A stretch of 64,000 nt of DNA, taken from NCBI GenBank assembly GCA_030704615.1, contig CM060733.1, forward strand, positions 52,700,001 through 52,764,000. Direction: 5' to 3'. The notes beneath the pieces were generated by a model that was not told where the DNA came from, made no database searches, and saw nothing but the letters and a program-made list of their open reading frames with translations. Below, in pieces: positions 1 to 12,700 of this stretch. This stretch comes from Takakia lepidozioides. Taxonomy: Eukaryota; Plantae; Bryophyta. The translations under genes were made by a program, and so were the position numbers. Position 1 is the stretch's first letter. Every line of letters begins with the position of its first letter.

Positions 1-257
1 ACTATACTTGAACATGACATTGTTGTAGATGACAATCCAGTGAAACAACATCCATATCGAGAAAGTCCTAAAGAAAGAGAGATTGTCAAAAAAGAGGTTG
101 CCCGCATGTTGGATGCTAGTGTCATTCATCCATCTATTTCTGTATGGGCTAGCCGGCCTGTTGTCTTGGTGGAAAAGAAGGATCACACAACCAAATTCTG
201 TGCGGATTTTTGGCGGTTGAGTATAACCAAGAAGGATACCTACCCAATTCTTCAGAT
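1..257 (+). mobile_element. Ty3/Gypsy reverse-transcriptase N-terminal fragment (degenerate)
   Basis: Translation EHDIVVDDNPVKQHPYRESPKEREIVKKEVARMLDASVIHPSISVWAS..VVLVEKKDHTTKFCADF..TKKDTYP matches the start of Gypsy RT; it breaks off at about 257. Confidence 0.85.
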
Positions 258-2162
258 TGTCGTGCGCATACATATCGCTACACAACTACATCGCTGTCCA
301 AAACCACACAACACATGTGCACACCATACACTAGTATACCACTAGTCCAACCACTAGTCCAACCACTAGGCTGCCACTAGTAAGTCACTAGGTTGCCACT
401 ATGCTGCCCACTATGGCAGTCACTAGTCCACCACAATGATAAACAAGAAGAATACAAGCACAAGCTCATGCGAGCTCACAAAGCTGAAGCATAAACTCAT
501 GCATATATAAACTCATCACTCAAATACAAGTCAAGCCAAGTGCACCCTACGCCATGGGGAATCCACACTACGGCGCCATAGCTAGGCGCGGTGAGGCTCA
601 ACTCGAGAAAGATGAGCCTCCCGTGCTTGCCGTGAAGATAACCACTCCAGGGCCGAAATCTGCTTTGATCTTTGGATTGACACTTGGGCCAATCCCAAAT
701 GTCAATATATAAAAGCTAGCTATTTCCTAGCTAGTTTCACACTAGTGGTGAAATAACTTGAAAGGATTGATGACACCCTTGACCAGCTGAATGGATCCAC
801 TGTATTTGCTTGGGTTTTTCTTCATTATCAGAGTCTTCTTCTTCCAAGGGATCCTTGAAATCTTTACTTCTGCTTTGATGGAATCCCAATTCCAATTTCT
901 TTGCAGTTCCTACTGCTTCAGCCAAAGTGCTGTTAGACATGACTGTAACCATGGTTACATATTCAGGACGAAGTCTGTTGATGAACCATGACTTTTGCAA
1001 GTCGTCACCTGGTGCTTCTCACATGTCATTTTTTTTTTAGAGCGACAATCTTGCTTGAAGATCACATTTCCCCCCCCATTCTCCAACATCACTTTTGAAC
1101 GATTGTATGATATGACCTTCTTGCTTGAAATTTGAACCTCACTACTACTACTACTGTCACTCTCTGATTCAGACTTCTTGGTAGGTGCAAAATCCATACC
1201 CTTGCTTTCATGCATCTTTACCTTAACTTTTGTCTCAGGACTACAGTTCTCAATTTTTACTGTTGCCAAGAGTGGAGGAGGCCGTGCGATTGCCAGGAGT
1301 GGAGGTGTTGGCAGAGGTCCTGTCCTTGCATATCCATCGGGATCCTTCAGTCCTGGTGGTGATGTAATACCCGAGATTGGGGTGAAAGCCAACCCAATGT
1401 TCTCGACTCCTTCAGCAGAGGCTGCTGTGGCGGTGTTCAATGGGAGGTTGTGCCCAGAAGTATTCGAAAGCATGCCATGACCTGCACATAAGAGAATGGT
1501 GGTCACATCAGAATTTCGGCCGCGTTCCCTATGTTGTACAGCCAATCCTAAATCCACCTTCAATTTGAAATACTATGTATGAGCTTCTTTCAGATTAATG
1601 TGTGGTGACAACAGGTCCATGTGCCAGCTGGGTCTCAGGTTGTATCAGATCATCCCCACCACATGGAGTGTCCTTTTCAAATGTAAGTTGAGCCTGCAAC
1701 ACATTGGTAAGAGGCGGAATATGAAGCTCAGATACAACTTCGCTGGAAGCTTCTTGCTTTGCTGGTAATCCATCACTTGCAATTAAATAACAATGCACAT
1801 GGTTTAACTATGTTATGTCATTTCTGAATTCCTTGCAACCATGCCCACTCTCCAGTTATGCCAATCTATGTCAAAGGCTATGCCCATCCTGACCTGTAAT
1901 GAAGCCTAAACACCATGCCATGTTAATGAAACGAAGGAAATGAGATCTATGAAAATGACATCATGGAATGGAAGGAAATGACATTATGACCTGAAAGGAG
2001 TGCCCTACATCAAGCATGACATTCAATAACATATTATATCATGACAAATTCTATGACACCCATGATACAATGAACCCAATCCCTTACATGACCTGAAGGA
2101 ACATGAAATTACAAACAATGACACAACATGATGGAAAACAACCCTAAGCAACACTCATGACA
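258..2162 (-). mobile_element. About 1.9-kb retroelement-derived insertion with a gag fragment, interrupting the RT above
   Basis: Starts TGTCGTG (258) and ends CATGACA (2162). Minus ORF 737-1000 (QKSWFINRLRPEY..TLAEAVGTAKKLE) resembles the retrotransposon gag segment also seen in 40677-43535 (QKTWFVSGLRPEL..TVEEAFETANRIE). CCACTAG repeats at about 329-432. No clean TSD. Confidence 0.55.
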
Positions 2163-2345
2163 AGAATCTCATCCTTGGACTTGACAAGTGGTTTTTGGCA
2201 GGTGCCCCTGACCAAGGTAGCCAAGGAAAAGACCGCCTTCGCTTGCAAGCAATGATTCTTTCAGTTTGAGACCATGTCATTCGGCTTTTGCAACGCCAAC
2301 AGCACCTTTCAGCGACTCATGGACATTGTACTTGCAGGCAACCTT
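2163..2345 (+). mobile_element. Gypsy RT continuation (degenerate)
   Basis: SSLDLTSGFWQVPLTKVAKEKTAF..*FFQFETMSFGFCNANSTFQRLMDIVL contains the RT DL..GFWQ and MPFGL.NA..TFQR motifs, with an internal stop. Confidence 0.85.
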
Positions 2346-3796
2346 AAGTTGGGCCTTCGAAGTACAAGGGGCCCTTCTTGGTGCTACGGGAGGTTCCTGG
2401 CCGGAAGTTTCAGCTGTCCTCTCAATGTTCTTCTGTTTCAGCCCAGACTTTGCCATTCCAGGCAGTGATTTGGTTCATTGTAAACTTGAGTTTGATTCCG
2501 CTTGTGTCAATTTGCAGGGTCGAACCATTGAGTTCACTCCCCTAGTAGTTAGGAAACGCAAAGCTAGAGCAACACCTCAAGTCACTGCACTTTTAGCTTA
2601 GCACCTCTTGCATATGGATTCACAAGCATGGCGGGGTTAGAAGTCCTTGGCAGCTTGCAGCTCGAGACAATAGAACTCACATCCATGTCTTATTCATGTT
2701 GGGTTTTCTTTTACACGCAGGAGCTCCTTCTACTTCCCGAAGGAGGGGTCATTAGAGTCTTCCAGTTTTGTAATCAAGGTGGAGCTAGATGCGTATACTC
2801 TTCTTTAGGGAGGAGCCAATAAAAACAAGCAGCTAGTCGCGTATGGCTCCTCTTGTGAACAGTGAAATATACTTTCATCCACAATAAACCTGAATATGTA
2901 TCAAATTATTCTTCATAAATTGTACAATAATAATCATGTTACCTGAGGGAGGTGTTACCTGGAGGCACAGGGAAGTAGTTTTTCAGTGATGATGATAGCA
3001 AAGGGGATGAGGTGACAGCTGGGGAAGGCACAACAGGGGCTTAGCGATTTTCGACACTGATGCGTAGTCTCCTATTTAGAGCCAATAAAAATCATAACGA
3101 CACAATCAACCCTTGGGGATAAACGAAGGGAGAACGTTCGTTGTTAGTGCGTTGAAGTCTCAACGGTCGTCTGTAGATCGTCGGCAAGACAAACATCAAA
3201 CCCTGGCAGGAAGAAGTCTGTCATTCTCATGTGCGCGATGTCCTCCCTGCTACGATGGTGCCAGACAAGTACAGGACTAGAAATTGTCTAGTCCTTCTGA
3301 TTACCTGGAGAAAGCTTGTTCCTCTCTGTGAGTGTGTGGGGGGCGATTCAACCAGTGAGTGCGTTGGCTTCTGAAGGCTGAAATTTGCGAGCGGTTTTGT
3401 GGTGCCCGAGGAGTCCATCGCAGGAGGGCGTTCCGAGTTTGGCAAGGTACAGACCCGTTAACCTCTTTTTTGTATTCTCTAGATTTTTCGTAGAGCACAG
3501 AAGACCTAACTAGTTGCTCTACGCTCTGTCTGTCTCTCTTTGTTGCACGATCCACTGTGCACCCTCTGTGTTCCTTCCCATTTGAGAGACCAATGCACAT
3601 CAATGTGGGCTTGGGTATAGCCAGCTTAGGATCTACAGAAAAGCTTTGGAGTTGTTCTTGGGGAGGGGCCTTGCAAACATATCTGCAAACATTAGCAGAG
3701 GAGGCTACTTGATTGGTGACATATGGAGACATAGAGAAGTTGGAGTTTGCAGGTCCAACAGGAACGGTTTATGTATTGCGTTCTCTATGGTAACAG

Positions 3797-6700
3797 ATGC
3801 AAGATAGGGACAGCGGAAACAGGGGATCAAGGCCTGGCAAGTCAACATCGTCCAAGGGTTCATCTGTCGCCTCCCTCCCCCTTCTTCTGGACATTGATGA
3901 CTTTAAGGTGAGCCACATCTTGTTGCAGTCACATTGCTCTCTGGAGTCGCCTCCCGTGATTTAGTCGGTCCGCAGAGCAATTGGAACTTCTGAAATTGGA
4001 GGATGTGGATCCATGCTTGCCAGCCAATATTCTTTAGATGGTTGATTGTCAAACCATTATGTAAGCGTATGCAGAGGCTAGTATGCTAGTATGCAGAGTC
4101 TAGTCTCACAAGAGAGCTGCTGCTTGAATATAAAAATAAAATAAATTTTGTGCTCTAACACTCTGTGCGAATAGGGGTTAAGCTCTGTAACAAGCATCTG
4201 TTTGCAGAATTAAACTTGTAAGCCTGAACAATCTCTCAATACAAGCATATTGTGACTCTCTTTCATCACATAGTTCTACAGTTGTCATGGTGTGAGAATC
4301 TGGGAGATTTGTCCCGGTCCATTGGCAAACTTACAGGATTAAGAACACTCGAAATTATTAGATCCCAAGGTGGAGAGTGGCCACCCTAAATGGGTGGATG
4401 TTCTGATTATATCTCTTAATTTTGTACTTATCTCGCAAGCAATATGTGAATTTTTATGTCATATGTTGATGTGGTTATCCCTTAGCAATTGGTGATTTGG
4501 GCTGGGGGATTTCGAGGTACCTGGGAAGCCATAATGTAGTCCTGATTATGTTAGGTTTCATGACTTCCATCAGTTATATATTTTGAGGTCTCTCTGATCT
4601 TCTAAACAATTGAATTAAGTGCACAATCCCATGTATGTGCTGCCAAGGTGCTATGGCCGACAGATCTCTAGCCAGCAGTTTCTGTTAACTGTCTGATTAA
4701 GTGACCAATCATAGGGACTTCATGATCTTCCTAACAGAGGTAAGATTGCAGCCTGAGAGAGCTATAGCGAGGAACTGCTCCAATCTAATGCTAAGATTGT
4801 TCTGGGTATCTTCAGGGTGCTTTCTCGTTCGATGACTTTTTCAAGAACTTGGTGACAGATGTTTTGCTACCTTTGCAAGAGGATGAAGACAAGTCCGTGG
4901 ATGGCAGTCAGGCCCACCTTTCCAATGGTAACTTACAGGACAGCCTTTCGAAGGCAGTGGGGGGCTTGGTGGGCCCACCATTTGTGGAAGCTGAAGCTCT
5001 CCTCCCTCTTTTTAGAGATGCCCGAAAGGAGCTTGTGGACCTCTGCTATCAGGTAGTTGTGAGAAGAGTATAGCCAAATCTGGTAAAATCAGGTGTAAGG
5101 ACTAGTCCATTGTAAAAAAAACTCCCAGCCTGATGGATAGAGCTCGATTCTCCTTTAATTTTCTGATTGGCATACCTATCTGTCAAGTGGGTGATAACTA
5201 GTTTTTGGCAAAGCAGGTGGATGCGCGGCTGAAGAAACTGAAGGAAGAGGTTGGAGCATATGATGTGAAGCACGAGAAGACCTTTGTCGAGGTGAGCTAT
5301 CTGTGGTAGGTTGCTGCACACTCTTCTACGCTGATTCAGTGGTCTCAAGCCGCAGGATTTATGTGGACTCCTGAAGAGTTTTCGGGTCCAGGTTACCTAA
5401 TGTCTGATGTAAAAAGTTAAGGTTCCTCCTTACAAATAGCTTAGCTAATAACCCCTGGGCCTGCAGTGCTGGGAACTGCTTGCGCTGAATTGGTAGCGCA
5501 CAAACTGGGAGAGATTTCTCTCTGGTATCCCTCTTTGCATGTCATCGAGGTGTTTGGGAGGCAGTTCTTGTTTGGATTGACAATATTTTGTGAATTAGGC
5601 TGTGCATCCATGCACACAAAGAGCTTGGAACCCTTGGTTGAGTCTAGTTTCGGGAGTTTGCAGCTGGAAAAGGGGGTGGAAGGCTTGTTCGACAGCTTCA
5701 GCCGTCTTGACTCTCGAATCTCGGGTGTAGGCCAGACTGCTGCCAGGATTGGAGATCATTTACAGGTCTGACTGTTGCCTCTACTCCTTGTCTGGACTTG
5801 CAATGAGGTTAGTTTCACCTTTGTGGTTATGCCGCAGCAATTGTTTGTCATATTCCCTTAGTCCTTAATTTTGCAGGGAATGATCCACCCTCTTTTGCTT
5901 GATAGGTAAATGTGTCTCTGAGCAGGAATGAGCAACGAAGAGGGGCAAGAGTGAATGTATTGAGTGGGTCTTACACTCGAACTAAAAAGAATATCTGGAC
6001 ATTGTACTGTGGCCAATTTTCCGGTTAGATGGCAATTGACTCAGAACCTGCATGGAAAGAGAGGGTTTGGGTTTAATAGAGGAAAAGGAAAGGGAGATAA
6101 AGTAGATTTTAAGTTCCTTTCAGATGGTAAGGTTTCGTTCTCACTTTCTAGTGATAGTCGTACCTGGCAAATTGTACTTAGAGACACTGCAATTATACTT
6201 GCCTAAGTTTGGACTCATTGGCTTCAAGCTACCATACTGTTGTGTAGTCTGTGTGGCCTGTATTCCATAGATTCACCTTTGAAACCTCTTGTTGCATGGA
6301 GCAAGTAATACTGATCAGGGACTTGAACCTTGTATGTCACAGAATGCAGATGCTCAGAGGGACGCTGCTAGTCAAACAATTGATCTAATCCGAGTAATCA
6401 TGCAGTCCCTGCCTTTTTTTCTCTTCTTTAGTCAGTTTGTGATCATACCTTCATCATCCTTCATATGTATGTTGTGCATATAAACCCTTCATTTGATAGA
6501 GTGAATGTGATGCAAGCAAGGCTGTAGAAAGGAAGCCTGTGGATTCTGTTGACTACTGCTTTGTCTGTCGGTAGTTTTCCCCTAAGTGCTTGTTCGGGCT
6601 GTTTTTGTGTGGTATCTGTTTTCACCTGAGGATGGAGCTTTGTTATTTGGTAGTCTTCGTTTGTGCTCGGGTCATTTTGTACAGTTTTCCAACTGCCTGC

Positions 6701-9700
6701 TGTTTGACTGAAGTTAGGCGCAGATTCTCCTGTGTGCCTCGAGGGGTTCTGGTTGGTAAGCCAAAGTATCATACTTCTTTCTACAGTTTGTGCAATTTAT
6801 TTTTCCTATGTCTATGTGGAGGCAGTAGATGAAACACGCACTTGCTAGCCAGCACACGCATTTGACATGCATGTGTTCTGGTTGTGGCTTTGATCAGTAT
6901 TTGATGGAGTTCAACGGAAACCCAGGCGACCTCATGGAGCTGTCTTCTTTGTTCTCTGATGATACGCGTGTTGCTGAGGCAGCAGCTGTTGCACAAAAGC
7001 TCCGTGAGTTCACAGCATCTGTCCGTATGTTGCTTTTAAATGTTTGTAGCCACATTTGGGACTTAAAAGCCATAGATCTGTGTGCCCATAATTAGATGGA
7101 GCTCTTGGTTTCCTTGCATCATGTCTTTGGCTTTAGCCCAAGTAAGGTTCAACTTAAATATCTTTGATGTGTTTTGGGGGCTTTTTCACCTATTCCAATT
7201 TGCAGCATATCAGAGACCTTTTCGCAGTTGTTCTCCAAAATGAAACGAAATTGGTTGTGATGTTACACCTTAAAACAACGTGGCATTGGAGTTTGGAAGC
7301 ATTTATGAAGAAAGGGGAACCACTTGGTGTTGGAGTATAGTTGACTGAAGTATTAGGTAGTTAACAAACAAGTGTTGTTTTAGGGTTGATTGCCGAGGAG
7401 GATATTGGGGCAATTGGAGCTGGGGCTGGTGGGGCAACGGTGAAGAACACTGCCAGTGCAAGCCTGGGCTTGGAAGTTGCAGTGTCCAACCTTCAAGATT
7501 ACTGCAATGGTACGTACATCATGTTGTCCATTCAGAAAGTGTGCAGCTAGTACTTCAGAACTTGGAATCTCTTTTTCTGACGTTATAATGCTCCTCTCTT
7601 ATGTGTCCTATGGGCGTGGCCGTGAACCCTAAACCCTAAACCCTAAACTTAGATTCAGATTCTCAAGGATCTGAATCTAAGTCTGCAAGTCTTGACCCTG
7701 CTGGATACATCTGACTTAGAGGCTGTAGTGTCCAAAGCCATGTATGTTGCAAGGAAATTGTCTGATGAAAATGAAGTAAGGCAGAAAACTTCCCTGAACC
7801 TGTTTCCAGTCTGTGCCATGAGGGAGGCCATCATGGATGGCCTCAAGGGTTTACCTACTAGACTGAAATTTAAACTCAGGGTGGGAAGCCTACCTTTGAA
7901 CATCAACAGATGCAGAGAGGACAGGGGGATTGCAAATGCTTGTTGTGTGGGCAACCTGAAGACAATATTCATTTTCTGATTCATTGTCCTGGGTAGTCTC
8001 ACCAGAGAGATGCCCTCTTCAAATTCATCAAGGGATTTGTGCCTGTACCTCTGTTTACCAACTTTGGAATTCTTGAGGCTGAGCCAAGAGCCCAGGCCCT
8101 TTTGGGGTCAGCCCCTGACAAAGGTAGTTTCTGTCCCTTTGTGTTCCGCACAATTTGGGCGTGGGGTCGATGGCCACAAGGCTACGGCAAACAACATCTT
8201 ATGAGCACATCCTAGGGGGGACTATAGCACAAGGCTGTCACAGCAAGCAAATTCACTTAGTGCATCCTTCTGTTTGTCCCAAGGGCCCTGACCGACACAA
8301 TGAAATTTCTTCTTTTTCTTTCTTTTTCTGATAGAATAAGCTCCTTTTACATCACGAGGTACCCGGATTCTGATCACTCTTGCCTTTCCTTTGCATTTCC
8401 TTCCATCTCCCTCCCCGTGAGGATCCCCTCTGCGTCTCTTCCCTTACACCCACGTATCCACTTTAATACCCCTTTCTCTCACTTACACGACGCCGAGTAT
8501 GAAACATACCTAGCGTCAACCCTCCCTTCCATTCTACATCTATCATCTCCTAACGACAAGGCTACACATCTTACTCAAGCCCTTTGGGACTCAGCCCTGC
8601 GATCCTTTCCCGTCACCCTTCCATCTACCTCCTCACCCTTCTCCACTCGTCGTTACGCACCATTTTATGATGAGGAATGCAAGACTGCTAGACGTCGCAT
8701 CAGTGTGATGGATTTCATCCCGAATGGATGAAATCGTGGGAAATCACGTGGATGAAATCGCGGGAAATCGCTCTTCATCTCTTTTACTACTTGATACCAA
8801 TTCTTCTCCAGAGTCCACTAATCTTGCTCTTAAGCACTATAAGTCCCTCATTAGATCCAAAAAGCAAGCCTACACTATCAAGTTGCAATCTTCTTTCCTT
8901 GCTAAAATCAGATTTTCTCCTCGATCTTTTTGGTCCCTCCTTAAACCTCATAGAGATCCCCCCCCAATCACTAGGGCATTGGGGCGGTTCAGGGTGGGTT
9001 CCCACAACCTACGGATAGAGACTGGCAGATGGGAAAACCTGCAACGGGAGGACCGCCTATGTCCAGCTTGCATAGGGCGCAGCAAGGAAATTGAAACTGA
9101 AGAACACTTCTTCTTCTACTGCCCTCTATACTACGAGATCCGTGGGAGATTTCACTGTTTATTCAGTGGAACCCAAACTCTCACTGATGTCTTTCACTAT
9201 GAGGATCAAAAATGCTTGGCAGCCTACCTACACGGGGTCTTCACCCTTAGACAATCGCTAGAACATTAATTGTGGTTTCTGGATTTGTTCCTCTCTCATG
9301 TTTTCTTCCATTTTGTCCCATAAGCTCTACGAGCTTTCCGCGGACGTTATAAAGCACCATTTCATTTCATTTCATTTCTTCCTCTCACTGGCTCTGCCTT
9401 TTTGCTTCATTTACAACCGCGTTATCCAACTGTTTAAGCATCTATTGTCCTCTAAAGCAGCAGTGCTAGAGTCTACCGCTCTAGTATAATATAAATGCCA
9501 GCGCATAGTTCGCCTGTACTTCATTGTCTTTGTTGAACTCTTCTGAAGTCTTAACTGTTGCACATTTTAGAGTTGGAGAATCGACTACTTGCACGGTTTG
9601 ATGCTGCCTCTCAAAGGCGAGAGCTTGGTACGATGGCGGAATGTGCTAAGATTTTGAGCCAGGTGCGTGACTGGTTCCCTTCTGTCTTTTCTTAACTCAA

Positions 9701-12700
9701 AAAAGGCAGGAGAGTCATTCCCCAATGTATATAACTCTACTGTGTTTACAATGGAGATCTCAGCTGTTCTCTGGTGGCCAACTCATGATATGTTGCTTTG
9801 GAATGTTATCCTTTTCCTGCCTGTGCAGTTCAACAGAGGAATGAGTGCAATGCAGCGCTATGTTGCATCCCGTCCCATGTTCATGGACTTGGAGGTGATG
9901 AATATGGATGCCCGCACCGTGCGGGGAGTGGAGGGTGGACAAGGAGGCAGTCCCAACTTGATGAAGGGAGTCTCCACTCTTTACAAACAAATCATAGGTT
10001 TGTGTTACTCTTTTGTTCAACTTCAAAATCCTAGTATGAATGGGAAGTGCCATTTTCTCTGCCAAGGGTGTTGAGCCACAGTAGCCTTGGAGTTGGGTTT
10101 ATTGCAATGCAAATTACTTATTTGACGAGCAAATTCGGTGGTGATTCCTCTTGGCAGAGACACTGCAGAAAGAAGCTGCCACTGTGTCTGCTGTATTTCC
10201 TTCACCTGATGCAGTCATGGCCATCCTTGTACAGGTTAGTGGCTTAAAGTATGCTTTTTGGTCCCTTCAGTTTGAAAATCTCAGCCTTTCTTCAGGTTGG
10301 ACATGGGGAGGAACTGGAGATGTTTTTGATGGCTGTTGGTTATTGTCTTCTCTTTCTATTTGAGAGAGGTGGGGGTTGATGAGGAAGTGAGATTGCGCTT
10401 TCTTAGTCGTTGATTCCTTTTTGGGGACACTGTTTTATTGCAGAGGGTGTTGGAACAGCGGGTTTTTACAGTGCTAGATAAGCTGCTTCCAAAGCCATTG
10501 CTCACCAACCCTATTCCAATGGAAGAAGGTGGCTATCAGCAGGTGCATAATACCTTGCAGCATTCTTTTCTTTGATTCAGCCCGTTCACCTAGCTTCAGC
10601 AGGGTGGTGAGTTGTGGTATCAGTTTCTGCAGTACTGCATGGAAGTGCACAATCCCAAGTTTATCACGGAAAGCAATAGGAATAGGGTAAGAACTTAATG
10701 CATGCGGGTGATCTCTGACAGCACAGCATGCCGGTTTCCAGCATGTCAAATCTTCCCCACCCCATCTTGAGAGTGACATCATCGTAGTGACACCAGTGTG
10801 ACATGGAATGGGGTGACACCGGAGTGACACAAAAAAAGGGAGTGTCACTCCAATCCGTGTAACTCCCACTCGGTGTCACGAAAGTTGACTAAGTCGAAAT
10901 CTGACTAAGTAGAAAATACACCAGACACCAGGGTGAGACGACTGTCCATCAAGAATCCAACTCCGCTACTCATAGCTACTGTTGCCATTCCCTTACCAGC
11001 ATACTGCTCGTCACTGCACAGCCCACATCTGCATTCTCCAATATTTAACAGTGAGTCCAGGGTAAGAGGAGGTGGGGAAGTGTCACTCCAATCCGTGTAA
11101 CTCCCACTTGGTGTCACGAAAGTTGACTAAGTCGAAATCTGACTAAGTAGAAAATACACCAGACACCAGGGTGAGACGACTGTCCATCAAGAATCCAACT
11201 CCGCTACTCATAGCTACTGTTGCCATTCCCTTACCAGCAGACTGCTCGTCACTGCACAGCCACATCTGCATTCTCCAATATTTAACAGTGAGTCCAGGGT
11301 AAGAGGAGGTGGGGAGCATTTGACAGGGGGCCCCACTGGAGGAGCCGGCGCTCCTGGAATCTGGTAAAAGTACCATCAGATCATACGCGTGCAATAGGTT
11401 CGTACATTGTTCCTATTGTTTCCCATTTCTCACATGCTCAGTCCCATTTGCAGTATTTGCGCACACTTTCTGGAGCATACGAAAAGACTCAGGAGTTGGC
11501 GAAGGAGCTCCAAGGTCTTGGATGCGGAGACCTGGACATTGAGGGTACGTCGTTTGCAAATTCTATTGTTTTTAGGACAACTGTGAAATTAGTACTCCAT
11601 CATTGCTTTGTCTTAAAGGCTATCATCCTAGTTTTTTTTTCCCTTTGATAGAGCTGAAAGTTGTTTTCAGAGTGTATAAACAGAGCTCTGTAAAAGGTCT
11701 GTTCATAGGATTTATGGGCGTGGTTTCACCAGCAGGAAGGAAAAAATGGACGGAGAGGAGAGGGTTAACTGTTGACTGTCGTCTAAACTTTGTCTTTCAG
11801 AGTTAGCCGTGTGAATAGTTGTTGATCTTCATGATATGTGCAGGGCTTGCTGAGTCGCTGTTTTCATCACACAGAGAGGATTATCCAGAACTTGAGCAGG
11901 CATCGCTTGTGCAGCTTTATCAGGCCAAGGTTTTTTGTACAAACAACTCAATCACTGTCCATTGGAGTCTACCACAGTCGTCTAAGAGAAAAGTCTTCTA
12001 GGGAGACTTGCAATGTAGCTTGTTTGAGACTTTCCTTGTACCGATGTAAGCTAGTGGTTTGAGACTAACGTGATAGCTTAATGGATACGATATTGCAGGT
12101 ACGCATTGTTGAGGATTGGATTTTACAGAGGAGTCATTCATGTTAGTACTGTAGACTCAGTGTGGCTTGTGGGCAAGGAACAGGTGACAGAGTTGAGGTC
12201 AGGAGTGGGACAACCAGGTGATGCTGCAGTAGCCTCCTCAAACTCTCGTGGCAATGCAAGAAATGGTACCATCTTCTCACATGCACCCATCTCTATCACA
12301 GTGGTTGGGGAGTTTGTGCATTGGAATGAAGAAGCTATAGCTCGCTGCAATCTTCTCACTCCCCAGGTATAGTTTTCCTCTACGTTTGTAGTGCAATTCT
12401 GTGGATGTGAGGTGCAATGTCCATAACATTAAAGTCGCATTAACGAGGGAATGAGTTATAATTCCATCATTAGGGGCCAGCAATGCACACTAGCTATTAG
12501 TGGCCGCATTGCATATTAGCCCACCAGTTGAGTTTGGCCATTGTTAAACCTTGCTAAGAGCTGTATGTGGTTCATATTACATGCAAGTGGCATAGAAATT
12601 TTGGTGCCCAGAGTATGATACTCACAGTGGGTTTTTGTTTATGTTTCAGCCTAACCCTTTGGCAACAAACGTGAGGGCAATCTTCCTTTGCTTGCTTGAC

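Noticed and set aside
7683-8300. Overlapping ORFs on both strands in SEC10 intron 7
   Set aside because: No recognisable motif; probably repeat-derived, but unassignable.
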